DNA from: an uncultured Bacilli bacterium
GTDB taxonomy: Bacteria > Bacillota_I > Bacilli_A > RF39 > UBA660
DNA: 64,000 bases
Assembly (NCBI GenBank): GCA_934086315.1
Contig: CAKOHZ010000001.1
Coordinates: 251,839-315,838, forward strand
Direction: 5' to 3'
The notes beneath the pieces were generated by a model. That model worked only from the letters and a program-made list of their open reading frames with translations, did no database searches and was not told where the DNA came from. Shown in pieces: positions 26,285 through 35,384 of the stretch. The position numbers were made by a program, and so were the translations under genes. Within the stretch, counting starts at the first letter, position 1; each line of letters begins with the position of its first letter.

Positions 26285-27883
26285 ATGAGTCCAAAAATAT
26301 TATTTTTATTAACACTACTAACTTATGTATATTACTTAACATATAAATCAAGAAAAGCATTACATATGTTACAACAAAATTGGTATAACGATGGGAACAG
26401 ATACCTAAAATGGGTAAAGACCAATGTTAAAAAAGTATTCATAACTTTTGATATGGCATTTATATTATTTTACTTTTTAAAGTTCACAAGTACAAAAACA
26501 GCACTGATTTTATTCGCAGTATTTTATATGATAGTTTACTTCTTATATAAAAGCAATGCAGAAAAAGAACAATCTAAAAAACCACTAGTAGTAACTCCAA
26601 GAATTAAAAGACTTTATACTACTATGTTTGTATTGTTAGTACTTTGTGTACTTCCAATGATTATAAATTTTAATGTTGATAACTTGTTTATATATTACTT
26701 AATTATAGGACTTTTCTCTTATATAAACACAATTATTATATGTTTATGTAACATAATAAATAAACCAGTAGAAAAGATGGTATATCTTCATTATAAAAGA
26801 CAAGCAGAATCAAAACTTTATAGTATGACTTCACTTAAAAAAATAGGTGTAACTGGAAGTTATGGAAAAACAAGTACAAAGAATGCGTTAAATGATATAT
26901 TAAATGTTAAATATAATTCATTTGCTACACCAAAAAGTTTCAATACTATGTATGGTTTAATAAATGCAATAAATAATTACATGGATAAATTTAGCGAAAC
27001 TTTTGTAGCGGAAATGGGAGCCTTCTATAGAGGAGAAATAAAAGAAAAAGCTAACTTCATAAAACCCAAATATGGAATTTTAACAACTATTGGAACAGCA
27101 CACTTAGAAAGTTTTGGTAGTCAAGAAAACATTCAAAAAGCAAAATTTGAATTAATTGATTCACTTCCAGATGATGGAGTAGCAGTGTTAAATATGGATG
27201 ATCCATATCAAACAAGTTACAAACTAAAAAGTAAATGCAAAGTAGTATGGGTATCAACTAAAAATAAAGATGCTGACGTTTATGCTACTGACATTAAACT
27301 TTCTAACAAAGGAACAACATTTACTTGTATATTTAAAAATACTAAAGAAAAACATACATTTGAAACTAAATTGTTAGGAAGTGCTAACGTATATAATGTA
27401 TTACAAGCAATAGCTATGTCATATGAACTAGGGCTTACACTTGAACAAATAGCTATCGGAGTAAAAAGAATAGCTACTATAGAACATAGATTAGAACTTA
27501 AAAGATATACAGAAAACATTTATATTATAGATGATGCATACAACTCAAACCCAGTTGGTTCTAAAATGGCAGTAGATGTTCTTAAAATGATGAAAGGCAA
27601 AAGAATAATTGTAACACCAGGTATGATAGAACTAGGAGATGAACAATATAGTTCAAACTTCGAATTTGGAAGACAAATCGCAGACTGTGCAGATGAAGTA
27701 ATACTAGTCGGAGAAGAACAAACTAAGCCAATACAAGATGGACTAAAAAAAGAAAAATATCCAGACAAACAAATACATATTCTTAATGACGTAAAAGAAG
27801 CATTCCCATTAATGAGAAAGCTTAGTGATAAAGAAACATACGTATTATTAGAAAATGATTTACCAGATATATTTAATGAATAG
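26285..27883 (+). CDS. murF: MurF-type Mur ligase (UDP-MurNAc-tripeptide--D-Ala-D-Ala ligase) with an N-terminal membrane region
   Basis: P-loop 'GVTGSYGKTSTK' and 'IIDDAYNSNPVGS'. Lies directly upstream of ddl. The first ~170 aa form about four hydrophobic helices. Confidence 0.75.
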   Translation: MSPKILFLLTLLTYVYYLTYKSRKALHMLQQNWYNDGNRYLKWVKTNVKKVFITFDMAFILFYFLKFTSTKTALILFAVFYMIVYFLYKSNAEKEQSKKPLVVTPRIKRLYTTMFVLLVLCVLPMIINFNVDNLFIYYLIIGLFSYINTIIICLCNIINKPVEKMVYLHYKRQAESKLYSMTSLKKIGVTGSYGKTSTKNALNDILNVKYNSFATPKSFNTMYGLINAINNYMDKFSETFVAEMGAFYRGEIKEKANFIKPKYGILTTIGTAHLESFGSQENIQKAKFELIDSLPDDGVAVLNMDDPYQTSYKLKSKCKVVWVSTKNKDADVYATDIKLSNKGTTFTCIFKNTKEKHTFETKLLGSANVYNVLQAIAMSYELGLTLEQIAIGVKRIATIEHRLELKRYTENIYIIDDAYNSNPVGSKMAVDVLKMMKGKRIIVTPGMIELGDEQYSSNFEFGRQIADCADEVILVGEEQTKPIQDGLKKEKYPDKQIHILNDVKEAFPLMRKLSDKETYVLLENDLPDIFNE

Positions 27884-27894
27884 GAGTAGATAAT

Positions 27895-29097
27895 ATGAAA
27901 ATTAAAGTAGGAGTTATTTTTGGTGGAGAAACAGTTGAACATGAAGTAAGTATCATTTCAGCTATCCAAGCAATGAATAATTTAGATGAAGAAAAATATG
28001 AAATAATACCAATATATATATCAAAAGATAGAATTTGGTACACAGGACATGTACTAAGAGAAATGGATTTCTATAAGAATTATGAAGATGAAAAAAAATA
28101 TGCTAAAGAAGTAGTACTTTGTAAAAAAGGTAAAAACTTCTTCTTACAAAAAACAAATGGATTATTTAGAAAAGATATAACGGATATAGATATTATCTTA
28201 CCAGTAGTACATGGTAACAATGTAGAAGATGGCTCACTAGCAGGTCTTCTTGATTCCGTAGGTGTTCCTTATGTTGGTTCACATGTGCTTGGTTCAGCTT
28301 TAGGACAAGATAAAGTAGTTATGAAACAAGTAATGTCATCAGTAGGCATTCCAGTAGTTGACTACACTTGGTTTTATGATAATGAATATTTAGAAGATAA
28401 AGATGAAATATTAGATAAAATTAAAAAATTAGGTTATCCAGTAGTAGTTAAACCAGCAACTCTAGGTAGTAGTGTAGGTATAACTTTAGTGCATGATTCT
28501 AAAAAAATAGAAGATGCAATTGAAGAAGCAATAAGCTATGATACAAAAGTAGTAGTTGAAAAAGCAGTAGAAAACTTAACAGAAGTAAATGCAAGTGTAC
28601 TAGGAAACTATGAGTATCAAAGAGTAAGTCCACTAGAAGAAGTAATGGGACTTGATGAAATATTAAGTTATGCTGATAAGTACTTAGGAAATTCAAAAAC
28701 TAAAGGAGTTAAAAGTACTGGTTCAAAAGGTATGGCATCAACAAATAGAATAGTACCAGCTAGAATATCAGATGATCTTACTAAAGATATTCAAGAGACA
28801 GCTAAAAAAGTATTTAAAACTCTTAACTTAAGTGGAGTGTGTAGAATAGATTTTTTAATAGATAAAAAAGCAAATAAATTCTATGTAAATGAACCAAATA
28901 CATGTCCAGGTAGTTTATCATTCTACTTATGGAAAGAAGCAAATTTAAAATATAGAGAATTATTAGATGAAATGATAAGTATTGCTATAAAAGAATACAA
29001 AAATAAATCTAAAAAAGTTAAATCATTTAAAACTAATATTCTAGAAGGATTTAATGGTTCTAAAGGAGTAAAAGGAATTAAAGGATTAAAGAATTAA
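27895..29097 (+). CDS. ddl: D-alanine--D-alanine ligase
   Basis: 'KIKVGVIFGGETVEHEVSIISA' and ATP-grasp 'GYPVVVKPATLGSSVGI' and 'CRIDFL'. Confidence 0.9.
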   Translation: MKIKVGVIFGGETVEHEVSIISAIQAMNNLDEEKYEIIPIYISKDRIWYTGHVLREMDFYKNYEDEKKYAKEVVLCKKGKNFFLQKTNGLFRKDITDIDIILPVVHGNNVEDGSLAGLLDSVGVPYVGSHVLGSALGQDKVVMKQVMSSVGIPVVDYTWFYDNEYLEDKDEILDKIKKLGYPVVVKPATLGSSVGITLVHDSKKIEDAIEEAISYDTKVVVEKAVENLTEVNASVLGNYEYQRVSPLEEVMGLDEILSYADKYLGNSKTKGVKSTGSKGMASTNRIVPARISDDLTKDIQETAKKVFKTLNLSGVCRIDFLIDKKANKFYVNEPNTCPGSLSFYLWKEANLKYRELLDEMISIAIKEYKNKSKKVKSFKTNILEGFNGSKGVKGIKGLKN

Positions 29098-29122
29098 AAA
29101 AGCAGAGAAAATTCTCTGTTTT

Positions 29123-29842
29123 TTATTTATTATAAATCATTTTAACTTTACCATGTTTTTCTGAATTACTTAGTAAATTATGACTTTCGAGTTGCCTTTT
29201 AACTTGTTTTGAAACACCTTTATTTCCATCAATTAACTTTGCATTTGGAAATATTTCTTTAATATTTTTTTTAACATGAGGATAATGAGTGCATCCAAGT
29301 ACTATTGAATCTATATTTTCACAAGTATATTTATCAAGCAATCTATGCAACACTTTATTGATTCTATCCTTGTTGCCACTTTCAATTGCATCAGCAAGCC
29401 CCTTGCATGGGAGAAGTGTAATCTTTTGATCACTTCTTTTATTAAGCTTAACAAGTTCATGAGTTCTTTCTGATTTGATAGTGCCTGGAGTAGCCATAAC
29501 TAAAGTATTTTTATAATTTTTATCACATGCAACTTTAATTGCAGGTTCTGTACCAACAAATATCATATCAGGATACATCTTTCTAAGTCTATTTATACAT
29601 CTAGTAGTTGCAGTATTGCAAGCAATGACTATTATCTTAACTTCTTTTTCTATTAAAAAATTAACAATATTAGTAACAATATCCATTAACTCTTCATCGC
29701 TTTTTTCACCATAAGGATTATTCTTAGAATCAGCATAATATATATAATTTTCATTAGGTAAAAGTTTTCTTAACTCTTTTAATACAGTAAGCCCCCCAAT
29801 ACCTGAGTCAAACATACCAATTTTATTATTATTCATATACAT
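29123..29842 (-). CDS. murI: glutamate racemase
   Basis: 'IGMFDSGIGGLTVLKEL', 'IACNTAT' and 'LGCTHYP'. Confidence 0.9.
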   Translation of the reverse strand: MYMNNNKIGMFDSGIGGLTVLKELRKLLPNENYIYYADSKNNPYGEKSDEELMDIVTNIVNFLIEKEVKIIVIACNTATTRCINRLRKMYPDMIFVGTEPAIKVACDKNYKNTLVMATPGTIKSERTHELVKLNKRSDQKITLLPCKGLADAIESGNKDRINKVLHRLLDKYTCENIDSIVLGCTHYPHVKKNIKEIFPNAKLIDGNKGVSKQVKRQLESHNLLSNSEKHGKVKMIYNK

Positions 29843-29931
29843 CCCTTCGTAAATATTATATCATATTTATATACATTTAATTAATTTATGTTATAATTAA
29901 TACATATAGTAATTGTTAATAAGGAGAAATT

Positions 29932-30453
29932 ATGGAAGGCTTAATAAATGGAATTATAGAATCATTTGGAGGATTTCTAGCACTTAAATATGGTAAAGAA
30001 GTAGTAGTATTTATTATTTCATTGTTACCACTTTTAGAATTAAGAGGCGGACTAATAGCTGCAACACTTTTAGGTGTAAAACCAGCAGTTGGTTATATTG
30101 TTTCAATAATAGGAAACATTTTACCAGTACCAATTATATTATTATTCATTTCTAAAATAATGGATTGGATGGAAAAATCAAAAATAGGTTTTTTAGAAAA
30201 AATATCTAAATGGTTAAGAAAAAAAGCTCATAAAAATAGAAAAGAAATTGATAAATATGGATATTTAGGATTACTTCTATTTGTTGGAATACCACTTCCA
30301 GGAACAGGTGCATGGACAGGTTGTTTAGTAGCTAGCGTATTTGATATGGATAGAAAAAAATCATTTCTTGCAGTAATGGGTGGAATAATAATGGCAAGTA
30401 TTATAATGATGATTTTATCATATGGATTTTTAGGAGGAATAATTAATCAATAA
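29932..30453 (+). CDS. small integral membrane protein (putative small multidrug export family, COG2426)
   Basis: 'LPLLELRGGLIAA' and 'VGIPLPGTGAWTG' are typical of this family. Confidence 0.6.
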   Translation: MEGLINGIIESFGGFLALKYGKEVVVFIISLLPLLELRGGLIAATLLGVKPAVGYIVSIIGNILPVPIILLFISKIMDWMEKSKIGFLEKISKWLRKKAHKNRKEIDKYGYLGLLLFVGIPLPGTGAWTGCLVASVFDMDRKKSFLAVMGGIIMASIIMMILSYGFLGGIINQ

Positions 30454-30547
30454 TTATTCTTTTTTAATTTACAAAAACATGTATATGAAAATAAAAAATA
30501 TTTATTAAAGCTTAAAAGTATTTTATAATCATAGTAGGAGTAAAGCT

Positions 30548-31315
30548 ATGAATGATTTATTATTATTGATATCAATATTACCAGTAATATTGATTAACAA
30601 ATATATTTATAATAAAGATAGAGAAAAGGAACCAAAAAAATTATTAAAAAAATTAACAATTGGTGGAGTATTATCATGTATTGGAGTATTCATTATTTCT
30701 GTATTTTTGCCACTTATATCGCCAATATTTGGTGTTGAAGACACAAGTACACTTAGTAATTTTGAACTTGCAATAAATGTTTTTGTTGGTGTAGCTTTAG
30801 TAGAAGAATTTTGTAAATATGTATTTGTTTATTGGTTTTCATACAATCAAAGGGAGTTTGACTATATATTTGATATGATCGTTTATGCGGTATATGTATC
30901 ATTAGGTTTTGCACTATTTGAAAATATCTTATATGTTGCTACTGGCGGAATAAGTACTGGAATAATAAGAGCATTTACTGCTATACCAATGCATGCTAGT
31001 ATGGGTGTATTAATGGGACATTTTTTAGGTGAAGCAAAGTATAATGAACTAAATAAAAAAAGCGGACTATCATATAAACTTTTAGCACTTCTAGTTCCAA
31101 CGCTAGTACATGGTGCATATGATTATGCAGCTTTTCAAGGAAATCTATTATTATTAATAGTTATATTAATTGTATTTATTATAACTTCAATAGTTATAGT
31201 TAATAATAAAAGTAAAAATGATGTTAAAATCCAAAGAAAAAACGCCTATTGTACAGTTTGCGGTACAAAAGTAATAGGCGATTATTGTATAAAATGTGGA
31301 AGTAAAACAGAATAA
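30548..31315 (+). CDS. PrsW family intramembrane protease with a C-terminal zinc ribbon
   Basis: 'VEEFCKY' (E-E-x-x-K) and 'VHGAYD' motifs in a polytopic protein. C-terminal 'CTVCGTK...CIKCGS'. Confidence 0.7.
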   Translation: MNDLLLLISILPVILINKYIYNKDREKEPKKLLKKLTIGGVLSCIGVFIISVFLPLISPIFGVEDTSTLSNFELAINVFVGVALVEEFCKYVFVYWFSYNQREFDYIFDMIVYAVYVSLGFALFENILYVATGGISTGIIRAFTAIPMHASMGVLMGHFLGEAKYNELNKKSGLSYKLLALLVPTLVHGAYDYAAFQGNLLLLIVILIVFIITSIVIVNNKSKNDVKIQRKNAYCTVCGTKVIGDYCIKCGSKTE

Positions 31316-32032
31316 TTATTTTAAATTTTTAAATATATTTTTAAATTCATCATTAATTACTAGAGATGCAAAATTATCATAGGAAGTTGCATCTCTATTT
31401 ATTATGACTAAATTTTTACCATTAAATAATCTTACTAAACTGCTAGCAGGTTCAACTGTTAATGAAGTACCAGCTACAATTAAAGTATCACATTTAGATA
31501 TAGTTTGTATTGATCGATTTAATACATATTCATCAAGCATTTCACCATATAATACAACATCAGGTTTTACAATACCACCACATTCACACAACGGAATATC
31601 TTTAGAATTAAATACGCACTCTGCATCATAAAATTTATTACATTTAATACAATGATTTTTATAAATAGTGCCATGTAACTCATACACATTAGTACTTCCA
31701 GCTTTAGTATGCAATCCATCTATATTTTGAGTAACTATAGCCTTTAGTTTACCCATCTTTTCAAGTTTAACCATATATTTATGTATAATATTAGGATTAA
31801 CATTTAAATAATTTAATTTATCTCTATAAAATTTATAAAATTCACTAGTACTATTATAGAAAAAACCACTACTTAGTATTGTATCAGGTGGAAACTTATA
31901 TTTCATATTATAAAGTCCATCTTTACTTCTAAAATCTTTAATGCCACTTAATGTTGATACACCAGCTCCACTAAAGAATACTATGTTATCAGACTCATCT
32001 ATTATTTTTTGTAGCTTTTCTATTTTATTCAT
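31316..32032 (-). CDS. cobB: NAD-dependent protein deacylase (Sir2/CobB family)
   Basis: 'FFSGAGVSTLSGIKDFRS', 'TQNIDGLH' and Zn-ribbon 'CIKCNK...CECGG'. Confidence 0.85.
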   Translation of the reverse strand: MNKIEKLQKIIDESDNIVFFSGAGVSTLSGIKDFRSKDGLYNMKYKFPPDTILSSGFFYNSTSEFYKFYRDKLNYLNVNPNIIHKYMVKLEKMGKLKAIVTQNIDGLHTKAGSTNVYELHGTIYKNHCIKCNKFYDAECVFNSKDIPLCECGGIVKPDVVLYGEMLDEYVLNRSIQTISKCDTLIVAGTSLTVEPASSLVRLFNGKNLVIINRDATSYDNFASLVINDEFKNIFKNLK

Positions 32033-32657
32033 TTTTATTTGCCTTTCTTAACATTTCATCTCTCTTAGAATAAACACATCCACAATAATCTTGACGATAA
32101 AGACCATATTTATGAGAAAGTTCTATAGAATGTTTATAACCATTTTCTTTTTTAAAGTCTGAATGTAACCATTTAACACCATACTTCTTTTCCATATTTT
32201 CACCAATCTTATTAATAAGTTCAGCATTCTTATATGGACTAACTGATAGGGTAGTGCAAAAGTAATCATAATTATTTTCTTTAGCAATTTTAGCAGTTTT
32301 CTCAATTCTAAGATTAAAACAAATAGTACATCTTTCTCCTTTTTCAGGACACAGTTCATATCCTTTTACAAGTTTATTATATCTCTCATTATCATAATCA
32401 CAGTCGATAAAATCTAGTTTGTTTGGTGTCTTTAACATACTAAGTAATTTAATTTGTTCATTCTTACGTTTTAAGTATTCATCATGAGGAGCAATATTAG
32501 GATTATAATAAAGAATTGTTATATCAAAGTAAGGTGCTAAATATGTTATTACATGAGAACTACAAGGAGCGCAACAACTATGAAGTAATAATTTTTTATG
32601 ATTAACATCAACATTAGCAAGCTCTTCTTTACATTTATTTTCTAAAATTTTACTCAT
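32025..32657 (-). CDS. queH: epoxyqueuosine reductase QueH (DUF208)
   Basis: 'LLHSCCAPCS' plus C-terminal 'YRQDYCGC'. Confidence 0.8.
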   Translation of the reverse strand: MSKILENKCKEELANVDVNHKKLLLHSCCAPCSSHVITYLAPYFDITILYYNPNIAPHDEYLKRKNEQIKLLSMLKTPNKLDFIDCDYDNERYNKLVKGYELCPEKGERCTICFNLRIEKTAKIAKENNYDYFCTTLSVSPYKNAELINKIGENMEKKYGVKWLHSDFKKENGYKHSIELSHKYGLYRQDYCGCVYSKRDEMLRKANKNE

Positions 32658-32720
32658 AAAATCACCTAGCTATATTCTATCACAAAAAAATATGTTATTA
32701 TATAATTAGGAAGTGATAAT

Positions 32721-33404
32721 ATGAAATATTACAAATATAAAATGAATATAGGAGTTGGAAACTTATTATCTCTATTAATAGCAATACCACTATTTATAAT
32801 TTATGGAATTTTATTTCCAAGTTTTGCTGGAAGTATTACTTTTGCAAGAATGCCTATTATGCTATTATGGTTTATGCTTCATGAATTAATTCACTATTTT
32901 GGATACTTAATAAATAAAGAAGTTAGCATAAAAAATTTATATTTAGGAGCTTACCTAGAAAAAGGTATATTTTATTGTCAATGTAGTCAAAAAGTTCACA
33001 AAAAAACAATATTAATTTCATTAATGGCTCCTTTTACAGTTATTGGCGTAATAACTTTCATAATAGCTGCAATATTTAATTTACCATTCTTAGGATTCTT
33101 ATCAGTTCTTAATATGATAGGTGCTATATTTGATATAATAATGTTCATTCAAATTAGCAAAATGCCAAAAGATGTAATGTTTGCTGAATTTGACGATCCA
33201 GATGGATACTATTTAATTTCTAAAAAGGATCTAACTGAATATAAATCAAAAGGTCTTGACTTAGTAGAAGTAGGAGAATTTGATAGCAAGAAAGTTAAAT
33301 CAAAAGAAAGAAAAAGAATTGAAATATCAAAATTATCATACATTTATTTAATAATATTTATAATAATTTGTTTATTTGCAGATTATATTTTGAACATAAT
33401 ATAA
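32721..33404 (+). CDS. DUF3267-like membrane protein (putative zincin)
   Basis: 'LHELIHYFGY' (HExxH) embedded in a multi-TM protein. Confidence 0.5.
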   Translation: MKYYKYKMNIGVGNLLSLLIAIPLFIIYGILFPSFAGSITFARMPIMLLWFMLHELIHYFGYLINKEVSIKNLYLGAYLEKGIFYCQCSQKVHKKTILISLMAPFTVIGVITFIIAAIFNLPFLGFLSVLNMIGAIFDIIMFIQISKMPKDVMFAEFDDPDGYYLISKKDLTEYKSKGLDLVEVGEFDSKKVKSKERKRIEISKLSYIYLIIFIIICLFADYILNII

Positions 33405-33434
33405 AACATGTTATAATATCTTTGGTGAAAAATT

Positions 33435-34151
33435 ATGGAATTTAAAGCAATAATTATAACATTATTATCAGGGATATCATTTTTAATAGGATATTTAATT
33501 ACTAAGTTTATAAAAGATGAAAAGAAACTAGTAACTTTTTCAGTTGGCTTTTCTTTTACAATAATATTAGGCTTAGTATTTTTTGATTTGTTGCCAGAAT
33601 GTTTAGAATTATTAGAGAGTAAATCATTAATTATTCTTTGCATAGTAGTTGGAATAGCAGTATTAAAATTATTAGATATATTTATACCTAATCATGAACA
33701 TGGAACTAATAAAAAAAATCATATGGAACATATTGGTTTAATTTCAGCGCTAGCTTTATTTTTACATAATATTATTGAAGGAACAGCAATTTATACAACA
33801 TCTATAAATAATCTAAGCTTGGGTTTCTTTACAGCTTTAGGAGTATCATTTCATAATATTCCTCTTGGTATACAAATATCATCACTTATAAAAAATCAAA
33901 AAGAAAAAGTTTTCCTACTTAGTAGTTTAGTATTTTCAAGTGTAATAGGTATTATTCTTATAAAAATATTTAATATTACACTTAATAACACAGTAATAGG
34001 AGTGCTTATATCTCTAACTCTTGGTATGCTTATTTATATATCAATGTTTGAACTTCTTTGTGAAGTAAAAGAACATATCAAAAAAAGAGAATTACAAATA
34101 GGAATAGTTCTTGGAATAATTATTATTTTAATCGGACATTTTATACATTAA
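33435..34151 (+). CDS. ZIP family metal transporter
   Basis: 'FLHNIIEGTAI' and 'SFHNIPLG', with a His-rich loop 'NHEHGTNKKNHMEH'. Confidence 0.75.
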   Translation: MEFKAIIITLLSGISFLIGYLITKFIKDEKKLVTFSVGFSFTIILGLVFFDLLPECLELLESKSLIILCIVVGIAVLKLLDIFIPNHEHGTNKKNHMEHIGLISALALFLHNIIEGTAIYTTSINNLSLGFFTALGVSFHNIPLGIQISSLIKNQKEKVFLLSSLVFSSVIGIILIKIFNITLNNTVIGVLISLTLGMLIYISMFELLCEVKEHIKKRELQIGIVLGIIIILIGHFIH

Positions 34152-34163
34152 TAAAGGAGTAGT

Positions 34164-34802
34164 ATGAAGAAGTTAAGAATATTATTTGAAGATAAAAATT
34201 TATTAATTGTATATAAAGATGGTAACATTCCAACCATTAATAGTGAAAAGTATAGTAAAAGTTTATATAATGAGGTATATGATTATTTGCATAAAAAGAA
34301 TCAAAGAGTCTTTGTAGTACATAGACTTGATAAAGATACTAGCGGATTAGTAATGTTTGCTAAAAATGAAAAAGTAAAAGAGTTATTACAAGATAACTGG
34401 GAAAATGTAAAACGCAAATATATAGCTTTAGTACATGGAATTATATCTGAAGAAGGAGTTATTAAATCATATTTAAAAGAAACAAAAACACTTCTTACTT
34501 ATAGTACTAATGACAAAAGTGGAAAATATGCAGAAACATTATATAAAAGATTAAAATATAATAAACAATATTCATTAGTTGAAATAGAAATCAAGACAGG
34601 AAGAAAAAATCAAATAAGAGTTCACATGGCAGACAATAAAACACCAATACTTGGTGATAAAAAATATGGTAAAAAAGATGGATATAGAAAAATGATGTTA
34701 TTAGCATCAGAACTTGAATTTAATCATCCAATTACTAAAGAACATTTACATATTAAATTAGAAATACCAAATGAATATAAGAAAGTAGTAGAAAATGGAT
34801 AA
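34164..34802 (+). CDS. RluA family pseudouridine synthase
   Basis: 'VVHRLDKDTSGLVMFAK' and 'GRKNQIRVH'. Confidence 0.85.
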   Translation: MKKLRILFEDKNLLIVYKDGNIPTINSEKYSKSLYNEVYDYLHKKNQRVFVVHRLDKDTSGLVMFAKNEKVKELLQDNWENVKRKYIALVHGIISEEGVIKSYLKETKTLLTYSTNDKSGKYAETLYKRLKYNKQYSLVEIEIKTGRKNQIRVHMADNKTPILGDKKYGKKDGYRKMMLLASELEFNHPITKEHLHIKLEIPNEYKKVVENG

Positions 34803-35325
34803 TAAGAAAGTATATATAGTTTTAACTCAAACATACACGACTCTTGCTAGAATAATAAAAAGTGTTACAAAAGATAAATATAGTCATGCATCTATATCGC
34901 TAGATCCAAAATGTACTAAAATGTATTCTTTTGGAAGAAAATATATATATTTTCCATTCTATGGTATATTTCTAAGAGAAGATTTAAGAAAAGGACTTTT
35001 CAGTAGGAATAAAAATGCATTAGTTGCAATTTATGAAGTAAATGTTACAGAATATCAATATAATAAAATAAGAGATAAAATTAAAGAGATATCATATAAT
35101 AATAAAGGTTACAATATAATTGGATTATTACTAGCTCACTTTAGAATAAAATTACACAGAAGAAAATATTATTGTTCAGAATTTGTATATGAAGTTCTTT
35201 CAAATAATAAAGTAAAAGTACTAGATAATACTAAAGCTTTATTCAAACCAGAAGAATTAATTGAAGACAAAAGATTTAATAAAATATTTGAAGGAAAAAT
35301 TAAAGATTATATAGCAATTTGCTAA
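34795..35325 (+). CDS. YiiX-like permuted papain-fold hydrolase (tentative)
   Basis: 'KYSHASISL' and 'YYCSEFVYEVL' resemble the His/Cys blocks of the permuted NlpC/P60 (YiiX) family. Confidence 0.4.
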   Translation: MDNKKVYIVLTQTYTTLARIIKSVTKDKYSHASISLDPKCTKMYSFGRKYIYFPFYGIFLREDLRKGLFSRNKNALVAIYEVNVTEYQYNKIRDKIKEISYNNKGYNIIGLLLAHFRIKLHRRKYYCSEFVYEVLSNNKVKVLDNTKALFKPEELIEDKRFNKIFEGKIKDYIAIC

Positions 35326-35384
35326 AATTGCTATATTTTTATATATAAATAAATAAAAATATGTATAAAAAAAAGCCACATATA

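Noticed and set aside
31316-32032. Sir2-domain protein as a defence effector (Thoeris/DSR/SIR2-HerA type)
   Set aside because: It is a short CobB-type deacylase with the Zn-ribbon insertion. It sits in a housekeeping neighbourhood (queH and a PrsW family protease gene) with no sensor or ATPase partner.
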